From Macrostomum lignano (Eukaryota), in the NCBI GenBank assembly GCA_002269645.1, contig NIVC01000986.1, positions 186,001 to 250,000 of the forward strand: 64,000 bases of DNA, in the 5' to 3' direction. Under the pieces are notes generated by a model. It saw only the letters and a program-made list of their open reading frames with translations, made no database searches and had not been told where the DNA came from. This document shows positions 49,780 to 61,600 of the stretch, one piece after another (the stretch's first letter is position 1; every line of letters starts with the position of its first letter). A program made the translations under genes and the position numbers.

Positions 49780-51845
49780 CCAAGGACTGAGAGAGTCTAA
49801 TGCGAGAAATTCTATGAGAAAATCTAAGGTGAGAGTCCAAGGTGAAAATGTGCAATGTGACAGAATCCAAGGGGAAGTCCAAGGCGAGAGTTAAAGGTGA
49901 GAGAGTCCAAAGTGAGACAGTCAAAGGTGAGAGTCAATGGTGAGAGAGTCAAAGGTGAGACAGTCAAAGGTGAGAGTCAAAGGTGAGAGTCAAAGGTGAG
50001 AGAGTTAAAGGTGAGAGAGTCAAAGGTGAGAGATTTAAAGGTGAGACAGTCAAAGGTGAGAGTCAATGGTGAGAGAGTTAAAGGTGAGAGAGTCAAAGGT
50101 GAGAGAGTCAAAGGTGAGACAGTCAAAGGTGAGAGAGTCAAAGGTGAGAGTCAATGGTGAGAGAGCTAAAGGTGAGAGAGTCAAAGGTGAGAGAGTCAAA
50201 GGTGAGACAGTCAAAGGTGAGAGAGTCAAAGGTGAGAGAGTCAAATGTAAGAGAATCCAAGGTGAGACAGTCAAAGGTGAGAGATTCCAAGGTGAGAGAG
50301 TTAAAGGTGAGAGAGTCAAAGGTGAGAGGGTTAACAGTAGGAATACCAAGCCAATTTTCCGCCCGTCGAACTACCAAGAGGGGGGGAAAAATTCCCCCCC
50401 CCCTGACAATTTTTTTTGCTGCGCCGGAACGGAGCAACGCAGGCACACGAAATTCAAGAACACGGGCTAACTTCTTGTTGCGCACCTTCTCAAACAAGAA
50501 TCAAGTCGCCAACCCTCCGGACCGTCGAGATATTCGACGATTCTGCCAGAAGGTCGGATTTTTCCCATAAGCGCTAGTGTATTCAGTACACCCCTGTGCG
50601 CCAATTAGCACTGCGCCTCAGTGCAGCCTTGCCAAGTCTCCAAATTTCATCAGCACGTCGACCAAATGTGTCTGCATCAGCTCTGACTTCGTTGGTTACT
50701 GGCCTTCACCGAGACGGAGCTTCTAGACCTTCAACAGGTGGCACCAGGTGACTATGAACACCTTGATGCGAATTTCTCGAGTTTCACCGATCAAGCCTCG
50801 ACAGTAGGCAAGCCTCAACTGCCGGACATGTCTAAGCATGACGGAATGCTTAGGAGACTAGCTGAAGGTGTCCAGCAGTTGAGGCTTGCCTACTGTCGAG
50901 GCTTGATCGGCGAAACTAGAGAAATTCGCATCAGGGTGTCCATAGTCACTTGGTGTCATCTGTTGAAGGAGCCGACGGCGTCGGGATGATGACGGAATGC
51001 TTAGGAGACTAGCTGAAGGTGTCCAGCAGTTGAGGCTTGCCTACTGTCGAGGCTTGATCGGCGAAACTAGAGAAATTCGCATCAGGGTGTCCATAGTCAC
51101 TTGGTGTCATCTGTTGAAGGAGCCGACGGCGTCGGGATGATGACGGAATGCTTGAGAGACTAGCTGACAATGTCCGTCGGTTGAGGTTTGCTCATTATTG
51201 AAGCTTGATAAGAAAGACCTGACATAGTTGCAAAAGGACGTCCATAGTCACCTGATGCCACCTGTTGAAGGAGCCGACGGTGTCGGGATGATGACGGAAT
51301 GCTCAGGAGACTAGCTGAGGGTGTCCGGCAGTTGAGGCTTGCCTACTGTCGAGGCTTGATCGGTGAAACTCGAGAAATTCGCATCAAGGTGTTCATAGTC
51401 ACCTGGTGCCACCTGTTGAAGGTCTAGAAGCTCCGTCTCGGTGAAGGCCAGTAACCAACGAAGTCAGAGCTGATGCAGACACATTTGGTCGACGTGCTGA
51501 TGAAATTTGGAGACTTGGCAAGGCTGCACTGAGGCGCAGTGCTAATTGGCGCACAGGGGTGTACTGAATACACTAGCGCTTATGGGAAAAATCCGACCTT
51601 CTGGCAGAATCGTCGAATATCTCGACGGTCCGGAGGGTTGGCGACTTGATTCTTGTTTGAGAAGGTGCGCAACAAGAAGTTAGCCCGTGTTCTTGAATTT
51701 CGTGTGCCTGCGTTGCTCCGTTCCGGCGCAGCAAAAAAAATTGTCAGGGGGGGGGGAAATTTTTCCCCCCCTCTTGGTAGTTCTACTGTTAATGATGAGG
51801 GGGTCAGAGGTGAGAGAGAGAGAGTCAAAGGTGAGAGAGTCAAAG
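49780..51845. repeat. 13-15-bp AAGGTGAGAGAGTCA array interrupted by the foldback element
   Basis: The array occupies ~49780-50330 and resumes at ~51800-51845. Confidence 0.88.
50335..51788. mobile_element. Foldback/MITE-like non-coding element with ~460-bp TIRs and internal 151-bp tandem repeats
   Basis: TTAA|CAGTAG ... CTACTG|TTAA. The arms at ~50368-50828 and ~51321-51783 are near-perfect reverse complements. Internal units start at 50839, 50990, 51141 and 51292. Confidence 0.9.
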
Positions 51846-52688
51846 ACTGGAATTCAAAGCGAAGGAGCCGTGTGATTTAAGAATTCGGTGTCAATTTGGA
51901 TACTAGTTAGGTCAAGCCAGGTAGACAAAGTTCAGAAATTAAAACTGAGCAAGAAGCTTTGCATTCTATCCCTTTGTATTCGAATAACAGAGTCAGTAGC
52001 AAGCAGGTGGATGGGAGCGCAGCTGCAACAGGCAAAGAAGAGGTCGATAGCATCGGGCGAACAAATCAGTCACAGTCTCCGTGCCGGGCGAACGCACGAA
52101 AAAAGATTTGCGCAAACGTTGGACGAATCCGCCCGAGGCCTCAGGCCATGGCGCCACTTTGCAGTTGCAATGGCTGCGCCAGCCCAGCGGAGAGAGAATG
52201 AAAGAGCGCTGGCGGGCAGCGGGTGGTGGGGCTGCTGCGCCATGACTTCAGAGTGCGCGGGGGTCCGCCGCGTACGGGGCTACCAGTAAACCTCCCCGCG
52301 CACACGGCAGGCTGGGGCTGTAGATAATGGGGTGGTGGGGTGGTGGGGGAGGGGGTTGTCGCGTGAAACAGCGAGCGCTGCCAGCAAGTACAGTCGGCGG
52401 CTGTTGTGTCCCCCCAGGGCGCATTCAATTCTGCCTCGCAATTTCACAAGAGCGATTGTACTTGCGATCGTTGTGGCGGCCGGAGCAGTGGAAGGAGAGA
52501 CAAGCCGGCCCCAAATGCTATTTAGCGAACTTCTTCCATTCTCTCCGCCTGTCGCTTGCAGTTTTGAGGTTGGCAGAAGAAGAGCGCTCGGTTCTGCTTT
52601 CCGCTAATTCCTTCCGGAAGAGAAGTGAATTGTAGTACTCGTAACTGGTCTCTGCCAGGCAAATTACTGACCTGCACCGGCCAGGAGC

Positions 52689-55600
52689 ATGTCACTGCCG
52701 CCACGGAATGCGGTGAGTTCATGGGCGATGACCCAGTGTCTGCATGACCCAATGTCTGCATGACCCAATGTCTGCATGACCCCATGTCTGCATGACCCAA
52801 TGTCTGCATGACCCCATGTCTGCATGACCCAATGTCTGCATGACCCAATGTCTGCATGACCCAATGTCTGCATGACTTAATGTCTGCATGACCCAATGTC
52901 TGCATGACCCCATGTCTGCATGACCCAATGTCTGCATCACCCAATGTCTGCATGACCCAATGTCGAATGTCAGCCAGTACTCCCATGAATCACCCACTCA
53001 ACCTCCCATGACGTAATTGCTTTTAGGTGCCAGGAGGCGCACCGCAGCCTCACCTGGATGAAGATGAGGAAGATGAAGAGGAGCCCGACATCGGCATGGG
53101 ATCTTTCATGTCGGGAGATCCCAACTTTAATCGCGAAACCTCGGACTCACAGAGCATGACCAAGGCGCTCAGCGTGAGTCCCTTCATTCAAGAGAGAATT
53201 TGTGGAAGCGGTAAGGCAGTGTGGTGTGGCAGCCCAATACCAGTGAATCCCCGCCTTCTCTACAGACTCTGAAGACCTACCTGTCCCAGTACTCGGAGAT
53301 GAAGCGGTTCCGGCCGGCCATGCTGGTGTTCTTGCACAGCCTCCTGGCCAGGAAGGAGGCAAAGTGGTACAAGGCGCTCAACTTTGTGGTGAGTCCGAGC
53401 TGCAAGGCCGGGCGGGCTTCTGGAACAGCCAGTTTGTTTACCTGCGCCTTGAACCCCCCTCCCAAATACTCGCAGTTCTTCGACTGGCTCGCCGATGACT
53501 GGAAGACCGCCGGCCTGGCGCCCAAGCAGTCCAAGCGGGCGGCCTTCTCCGTCTACTCGACCTTCCTGAACCGGGAGGGCTCGCTGTCCCTGGAGGCGGT
53601 GGCGCGTAGCCTGGACCCGGGCCTGGGGCTCGGCCGGCCGGCGCTGAACGAGCCGATCAAGACGCTGTCGCAGCTGTTCGCCAAGCGGCCGATGGACAGC
53701 CACATTGAGCGAATCGCCGCCGGCTTCAGCAGCGCCCAGGCCAGCCTGCGGCCAACGCTGGAGGCGCTGGTGGCCTCAGTCAGCGCGGAGATTCAGACCA
53801 AGCGGCGCGACGGCTTCGTGTCCGACATTCTGCCCGGCGTGGACGGGCTGCGGCCGGATTTGTCCGACGAGCGGCAGCAGCGGTTCATCGAGCAGTGCCG
53901 CGGTGTCATGCTGGCGCACGTGAACTACATGATCGGCACGCCGTTCGGCGGTCACCTCGAGGCTGGCTGCCTGGCCTCGCTGCTCGAGCGGTTCTTCCGT
54001 CTGCGCCTGCCACCCGAGCTGCCGCCAGAGCTGCCGCAGTTTAACTTCCAGCGTCTGCGCGGCTCCGGCGGGCGAAGCTTCGGCGGCCTAAAAGAAATCG
54101 AGCGGCGGGGCACGCATCTGCTGAGGCCGGTGGAGCTGGACCGGATCCGGGCCTGCTCCGCATGCGGCAAGCTGCTCTGCGGGCCCGGGCCTCAGGCCAT
54201 GCGATGCAAGGGTGAGCTTCATGTGGTGCCTGGATGAGTGCTTCAACTGGTGCCTGGATGAGTGCTTCAACTGGTGCCTGGATGAGTGCTTCATGTGGTG
54301 CCTGGATGAGTGCTTCAACTGGTGCTTGGATGAGTGCTTTAACTGGTGCCTGGATGAGTGCTTTAACTAATGCCTGGATGAGTGCTTCATGTGATGCCTG
54401 GATAAGTGCTTCATGTGGTGCCTGGATGAGTGCTTCATGTGGTGCCTGGATGAGTGCTTCATGTGGTGCTTGGATGAGTGCTTCATGTGGTGCTTGGATG
54501 AGTGCTTTAACTGGTGCCTGGATGAGTGCTTTAACTAATGCCTGGATGAGTGCTTTAACTAATGCCTGGATAAGTGCTTCATGTGGTGCCTGGATGAGTG
54601 CTTCATGTGGTGCCTGGATGAGTGCTTCATGTGGTGCCTGGATGAGTGCTTCAACTGGTGCCTGGATGAGTGCTTTAACTGGTGCCTGGATGAGTGCTTT
54701 AACTAATGCCTGGATGAGTGCTTCATGTGGTGCCTGGATGAGTGCTTCATGTGGTGCCTGGATGAGTGCTTCAACTGCAAGTCGCAAGTCACATGCCCAC
54801 CCCCCCAGTCGGAGACTGCCAGGTGGTTTCGCACCGGGCCTGCATGGACCTGGTGAAGCCGATCAGCTGCAGCTCGGCGGCCGGGCTGCTCACTCGGAGC
54901 CACAGCAATGAGGGGCGCGACAGCTGTGAGTTCGAATCTGTTATCTGTTATCTTGGGGAGAGCGGTAAAATTGAAAATAGAAATCAATCAATGTACAATT
55001 GACAATAGAAATCAATCAATGTACAATTGACAATAGAAATCAATCAATGTACAATTGACAATAGAAATCAATCAATGTACAATTGACAATAGAAATCAAT
55101 CAATGTACAATTGACAATAGAAATCAATCAATGTACAATTGACAATAGAAATCAATCAATGTACAATTGACAATAGAAATCAATCAATGTACAATTGACA
55201 ATAGAAATCAATCAATGTACAATTGACAATAGATACTGCCACAACCCGGTGGCTAGCCAATGTACATTGCGCATTCCTTTCCTACCCCAACCTTGCGGCC
55301 TGATTGGCTAGCCAATGTACATTGCGGGTTCCTTTCCTACCCCATCCTTGCGGCCTGGTTGGCTAGCCAATGTGCATCTGCATTCAATATGCCTTAAGCG
55401 ATCCCTCGGCACTCCAGCTAGTTAGATGTACATTGCACTGAATTTCTCAACCCGTGGCCACTCTATAGAGCAGGTGGTAAGCGGGTGCATGCAGATTGTC
55501 CATTAGGCAGTTTCTATGTGCATTTAGCACAATGCAAGGGCTGATCCAGTTTCTACCAGCTGGTATTTATATTGGGCCAATATTTATTTCTCAAAAGTCC

Positions 55601-58600
55601 GTTTTTGATTGCCATTTAAATTTTCAGTTTGCTTAACATAACAAACGCATTTTATAAAAATTGACTTGCTCATTGAACTGGTATTAATGAAAGGTCTAGT
55701 TAAAATTCGACGACTCAATTGCTTTGCAAATAATACTACTCAATAGTAGGGAGATGTAATTTTCGCTTGATCATTGAACTCTTCAATGTTTGTTTCTTTG
55801 AAATCTGCTCCCCTTCGCCTGTTGAAGCGCACGCCTGCGGGCCCAGCGCCCATCCACAGCCCCAGGCCGGTGGACGCGGTAAGTATTGGCCGGGCCAACT
55901 GCCCCGTAGGAACTGCCCTTGATTTCAATTCGGATCTCTGCTTGTGAAAGACGGTCTGATGTGTTTTCTATTTCTTGTTTAAACTGCTGCACTCGTGTGA
56001 TAGCCTACCGTGAGCATATTTCACGCTACATAAGCTGCACTCGTGTGATAGCCTACCGTGAGCATATTTCACGCTACATAAGCTGCACTCGTGTGATAGC
56101 CTACCGTGAGCATATTTCATGCTACATAAGCTGCACTCGTGTGATAGCCTACCGTGAGCATATTTCACGCTACATAAGCTGCACTCGTGTGAAAGCCTAC
56201 CGTGAGCATATTTCACGCTACATAAGCTTCACTCGTGTGATAGCCTACCGTGAGCATATTTCACACTACATAAGCTGCAAACTCAGAATAAACCATTTTT
56301 AGTATATGGATAATGCAGTCTCCTCCAGTATATTGCAGTAGACAATTACAGCTAATTTTCTGTAGGCCAAGAAATTACTACATAATGAAACGCATTCCAC
56401 ATTACTTTAAAAAGTAAATTTAGCACTTACCACCTTTACGCTATTTATAATTCAAGCTTCAAGATGCCTTAATTTTGCACATGGGTCTCTCTGTCTCAGT
56501 CCACTTTCTCACCTTCTCAACTTTCAAGAACAAATCTCAGTCTAGTAAGAGCTGCGTGCCTGGTTGTATGGAATTCAAAAGTGTATCGATTTAAATGAGT
56601 GCCAGTGCAGGTGGTTGCCAGTGCAGGTGAGTGCCAGTGCAGGTGGGGGGCAGTGCAGGTGAGTGGCAGTGCAGGTGGGGGGCAGTGCAGGTGAGTGGCA
56701 GTGCAGGTGAGTGCCAGTGCAAGTGGGGGGCAGTGCAGGTGAGTGCCAGTGCAGGTGAGTGCCAGTGCAGGTGAGTGCCAGTGCAGGTGAGTGCCAGTGC
56801 AGGTGAGTGCCAGTGCAGGTGAGTGCCAGTGCAGGTGAGTGCCAGTGCAGGTGAGTGCCAGTGCAGGTGAGTGCCAGTGCAGGTGAGTGGCAGTGCAGGT
56901 GGGGGGCAGTGCAGGTGAGTGGCAGTGCAGGTGAGTGGCAGTGCAGGTGGTTGCCAGTGCAGGTGAGTGCCAGTGCAAGTGGGGGGCAGTGCAGGTGAGT
57001 GCCAGTGCAGGTGAGTGCCAGTGCAGGTGAGTGCCAGTGCAGGTGAGTGCCAGTGCAGGTGAGTGCCAGTGCAGGTGAGTGCCAGTGCAGGTGAGTGCCA
57101 GTGCAGGTGAGTGCCAGTGCAGGTGAGTGCCAGTGCAGGTGAGTGCCAGTGCAGGTGAGTGCCAGTGCAGGTGAGTGCCAGTGCAGGTGAGTGCCAGTGC
57201 AGGTGAGTGCCAGTGCAGGTGAGTGCCAGTGCAGGTGAGTGGCAGTGCAGGTGGGGGGCAGTGCAGGTGAGTGCCAGTGCAGGTGAGTGCCAGTGCAGGT
57301 GAGTGCCAGTGCAGGTGAGTGCCAGTGCAGGTGAGTGCCAGTGCAGGTGAGTGCCAGTGCAGATGAAGCACGCCATCCGCTCCCCAATCTCTGCACTCAC
57401 GCAGCCTTCTCAGTTTCTCACTCGCCAATCCTCGCAGTGCCGCAGCTCACAGCAGCCGTGGCCAGGTGGCTCGGTGAGTTTTGACTTCGAATTCGACCTT
57501 CAATTGTCTTCTTCTCTCATACTCGGCAGTTGGATTGGAAATAATCGCTAATCTTTACTCACTGATAAATCAATTGATTATTTTCTCACTGATTGAGCTG
57601 GCGATCTGCCACTGCATGTGGGATTCAAATCCTATTATACCAAATTGCTTTTGAAGACCACAGCATCCCTACACGCATTCCCTACCCGCCCCGCCTCAAA
57701 CTCCGAAGCTGCTCCGAAGGCAGCCGCAAGGTCTTCCGCGGCCGATGCTGCCGCCACTGAGCCAGCGAGCCAGGCATCCACAGCTGCCGCTGCGGGGCCT
57801 CCCCTGCCGCATCCCGTGGCCTCCATGCCGCAGCTCGGCGCGGACTTCGGCGGGGACGGCGGCCGCAGCGGCCACCGAGGCAGCCTGGACTCGGGGCAGG
57901 ACGCCATGGTGGGGGATTCAAGGCTGCTGTCGCCCTGCGATGTGGTGGTTGAACCGGTGAGAAATGCTGTTGCTGCTAGTGCCATGGGGCTGGCCGGCTG
58001 CGAGAGTGACTGGCTGGCTGCGGGAGTGACTGGCTGGCTGCGGGAGTGACTGGCTGGCTGCTGGAGTGACTGGCTGGCTGCGGGAGTGACTGGCTGGCTG
58101 CGGGAGTGACTGGCTGGCTGCGGGAGTGACTGGCTGGCTGCTGGAGTGACTGGCTGGCTGCGGGAGTGACTGGCTGGCTGCGGGAGTGACTGACTGGCTG
58201 CTGGAGTGACTGGCTGGCTGCGGGAGTGACTGGCTGGCTGCGGGAGTGACTGGCTGGCTGCTGGAGTGACTGGCTGGCTGCGGGAGTGACTGGCTGGCTG
58301 CGGGAGTGACTGGCTGGCTGCGGGAGTGACTGGCTGGCTGCGGGAGTGACTGGCTGGCTGCGGGAGTGACTGGCTGGCTGCGGGAGTGACTGACTGGTTG
58401 CTGGGGTGACTGGTTGGCTGCGGGAGTGACTGGCTGGCTGCGGGAGTGACTGACTGGTTGCTGGGGTGACTGGTTGGCTGCGGGAGTGACTGGCTAACTG
58501 CGAGAGTGACCGGCTGGATGCCAGATTTGCTGGGGATCGGGATCCATGCAGCCGGACGCTGATTTCCCTATTCCAGCTGACCCCGGAGGAGGACGCGGTG

Positions 58601-61600
58601 TTAAAAAATCCGGACATCGGCGGCGTCCCGGCCGACTTCCAGGGCTACATTGAGAGCACCGACCTGGCGCGCCGGCTCGCCCAGCTTCGGCCGGCCTCGG
58701 GCTCCGATAAGGACGCGGATCGATTCCGGGAGTACCAGCTGGCGCTGCACGAGGTGCGCGAGGCTTCGGCCTTCTTATTTTTATTGATATAGCAAACCAA
58801 CATTGAAAAACCGAGTCTCACCATTTGAAGCTCGAAACTCAAACTCGCAACGCGCGCAGGTGATCTTCAGCTCGAAAAGCCACCTTCGATCTCTCAACCT
58901 ACTGGAGCTGCTGTTTGTGCAGCCGTGGCCGCAGACCAACCGCCAGGTGCTGCAGCAGCTGGGGCTGCACTTCGTCAGCGAGTGCATCGCCCTCTACCGC
59001 AGCCTCCACGACTGCATCGGCGGCGGAGACAACCTGGCGGAGTTCCAGCGCACCGGCCGGCTGGAGAGGTTCGGCGACCGGCTGCTCGGCTGGTACTCGG
59101 AAGGCAACAACGCACTGAACTTCCAGCGGCTCGGCCTCAGCTTCGGCTTCTCCAAGGTCACCACCAGGCGGAAGACGGCCAGCATCAACGAGGACGACAT
59201 CATCCTGCGGCTCATCAGCCTGCGCCGGGAGGACCCGACCTTCAACCGGTTCTTCACCAGGGCCGAGGCGCACCCGGCCATGAACAAGCGCCGCTTCGTG
59301 GACCTGTACAGCGTCAACATGCAGCAGACCATGCGGATGGTCACCCTGCTGGAGACGGCCGCCAAGAAGGCCAAGAAGGCCCGGGAGGCCTGCGAGTTTG
59401 CCGGTGAGTTGAGGCGGTGGCGGCTCAGGGAGCGCTCAGCTTTGTAGGCTGCGGTGAATCGGCAAGTTAGACTGGCGCTTGAAAGACTTAGCAGGAATTT
59501 CACCTGCGGCTACCTGATAAAGAGCAGCTCACAGCAAAGCGTTTTCCAAAGACTCAAGCGACTCATGAGACGGTACTTAGTTCGCAAGGGGCCTCCATCT
59601 CACTGACCCCCGAGCACGCACACTCCGATCCATATGCGGACACACGCTCACATACGGTGCACATAGCCTGACTTTCTGATCGTCACAGGCGTGCTGAGCT
59701 GGCCCTCACAGGCGTAAATCGCGCGAAAACCCCCGGCCAATTACGAGCGCGGGTTCCAAATTAATGCTCTGCAGGGACCTTTGACCTTCTAGTGACCTCA
59801 AGTGCGTCAGTGGCATTTCTCAAATATCTCAAGTTTGTCTTTAAATTGTTTTGATTCGAGTGACTAATGCTTTTGTTTAATGTTTGAGTTGATCTATAGG
59901 GTCTCCGTGTCGCTTCGAATACGGGATTATAGAGCATCGAGTTTCTAAAAACTGGTTCCATGGACTCTTCTTGTGTCTAATCGGCGTTGTCTGATTGGTT
60001 GTAAACACCCACCCCAAGTCCACCTCTTCTGCACTGCACCCCTCCGCCGTGAGGTTTATATCGCCTAGTTCTTACTCAGTCTGCCTCACCTTTCTACCCT
60101 TCTCGCGCTGCATGAATTTTTCTTCTGCTTTTATATTTTCTGTACTGCACAAATAAACTTGTGTCGTGTCTATTCGCACTGTCACGCTACTCGATTTTCG
60201 CAAGCACTCGCGTCCTCCTTCCTTACCTTGGGGTGTGGTGTTTGGACCTGGATTGTCAAGTCAGTGCAAATCAAACCACAGCAGGGGGGGTTTCACAAAC
60301 TCGAAATTTCACAACGTCGAAAGCACCCTCCTTCATAAGGTCGAAATTTCACAAGGTCGAAATTTCACAACATCGAAAACTCGAAAAGCAGCCACTTTCA
60401 TAAGGTCGAAATTTCACAAGGTCGAAATTTCACAACATCGAAAACTCTCGCAGAAAACTTCATAAGGTCGAAATTTCACAAAGTCGAAATTTCACAACAT
60501 CGAAAACTCGAAAAGCAGCCACTTTCATAAGGTCGAAATTTCACAAGGTCGAAATTTCACAACATCGAAAACTCTCGCAGAAAACTTCATAAGGTCGAAA
60601 TTTCACAAAGTCGAAATTTCACAACATCGAAAACTCGAAAAGCAGCCACTTTCATAAGGTCGAAATTTCACAAGGTCGAAATTTCACAACATCGAAAACT
60701 CTCGCAGAAAACTTCATAAGGTCGAAATTTCACAAAGTCGAAATTTCACAACATCGAAAACTCGAAAAGCAGCCACTTTCATAAGGTCGAAATTTCACAA
60801 GGTCGAAATTTCACAAGGTCGAAATTTCACAACGACCTTGAAATAGCAAACCCACCACAACTTGATCTGGATTGTCAGTCAGTGCAAATCGAACCACAGC
60901 AAAGCCTCCCCCCACAACTAGATCCGGATTGTCAAGTCAGTGCAAATCGAACCACAGCAACCCCCCCCCCACAACTTGATCCGGATTGTCAAGTCAGTGC
61001 AAATCAAACCACAGCAAAGCCTCCCCCCACAACTAGATCCGGATTGTCAAGTCAGTGCAAATCGAACCACAGCAACCCCCCCCCACAACTTGATCCGGAT
61101 TGTCAAGTCAGTGCAAATCAAACCACAGCAAACCCTCCCCCCACAACTTGATCCGGATTGTCAAGTCAGTGCAAATCGAACCACAGCAACCCCCCCCCCC
61201 ACAACTTGATCCGGATTGTCAAGTCAGTGCAAATCAAACCACAGCAAACCCTCCCCCCACAACTTGATCCGGATTGTCAAGTCAGTGCAAATCGAACCAC
61301 AGCAAACCCGCCTCCCCCAAATTGACCCGGCAGACGAGGACGCGGAAAACCTGGAAAAGTGCGTTGCCATGGCGAAGGCCATCAGTGACTACTGCAACAG
61401 CACGGGGGCCAAGCTGAAGGAGCTGAGCAGGCAGCTGGTGCTCAGCAAGTCCTTCTCAATCTTCTGGGAACGGTCGCTAATGGACGAGACTCGGATCATT
61501 CGGTTCAAAGACCAGGTGTCCCACCTGCACACCTGCGAGCTGCACATGACCCGGGAGGTGTTCATGCCAGGCCTTGAGGGCTACCGCCTCAGGCTGTTCG

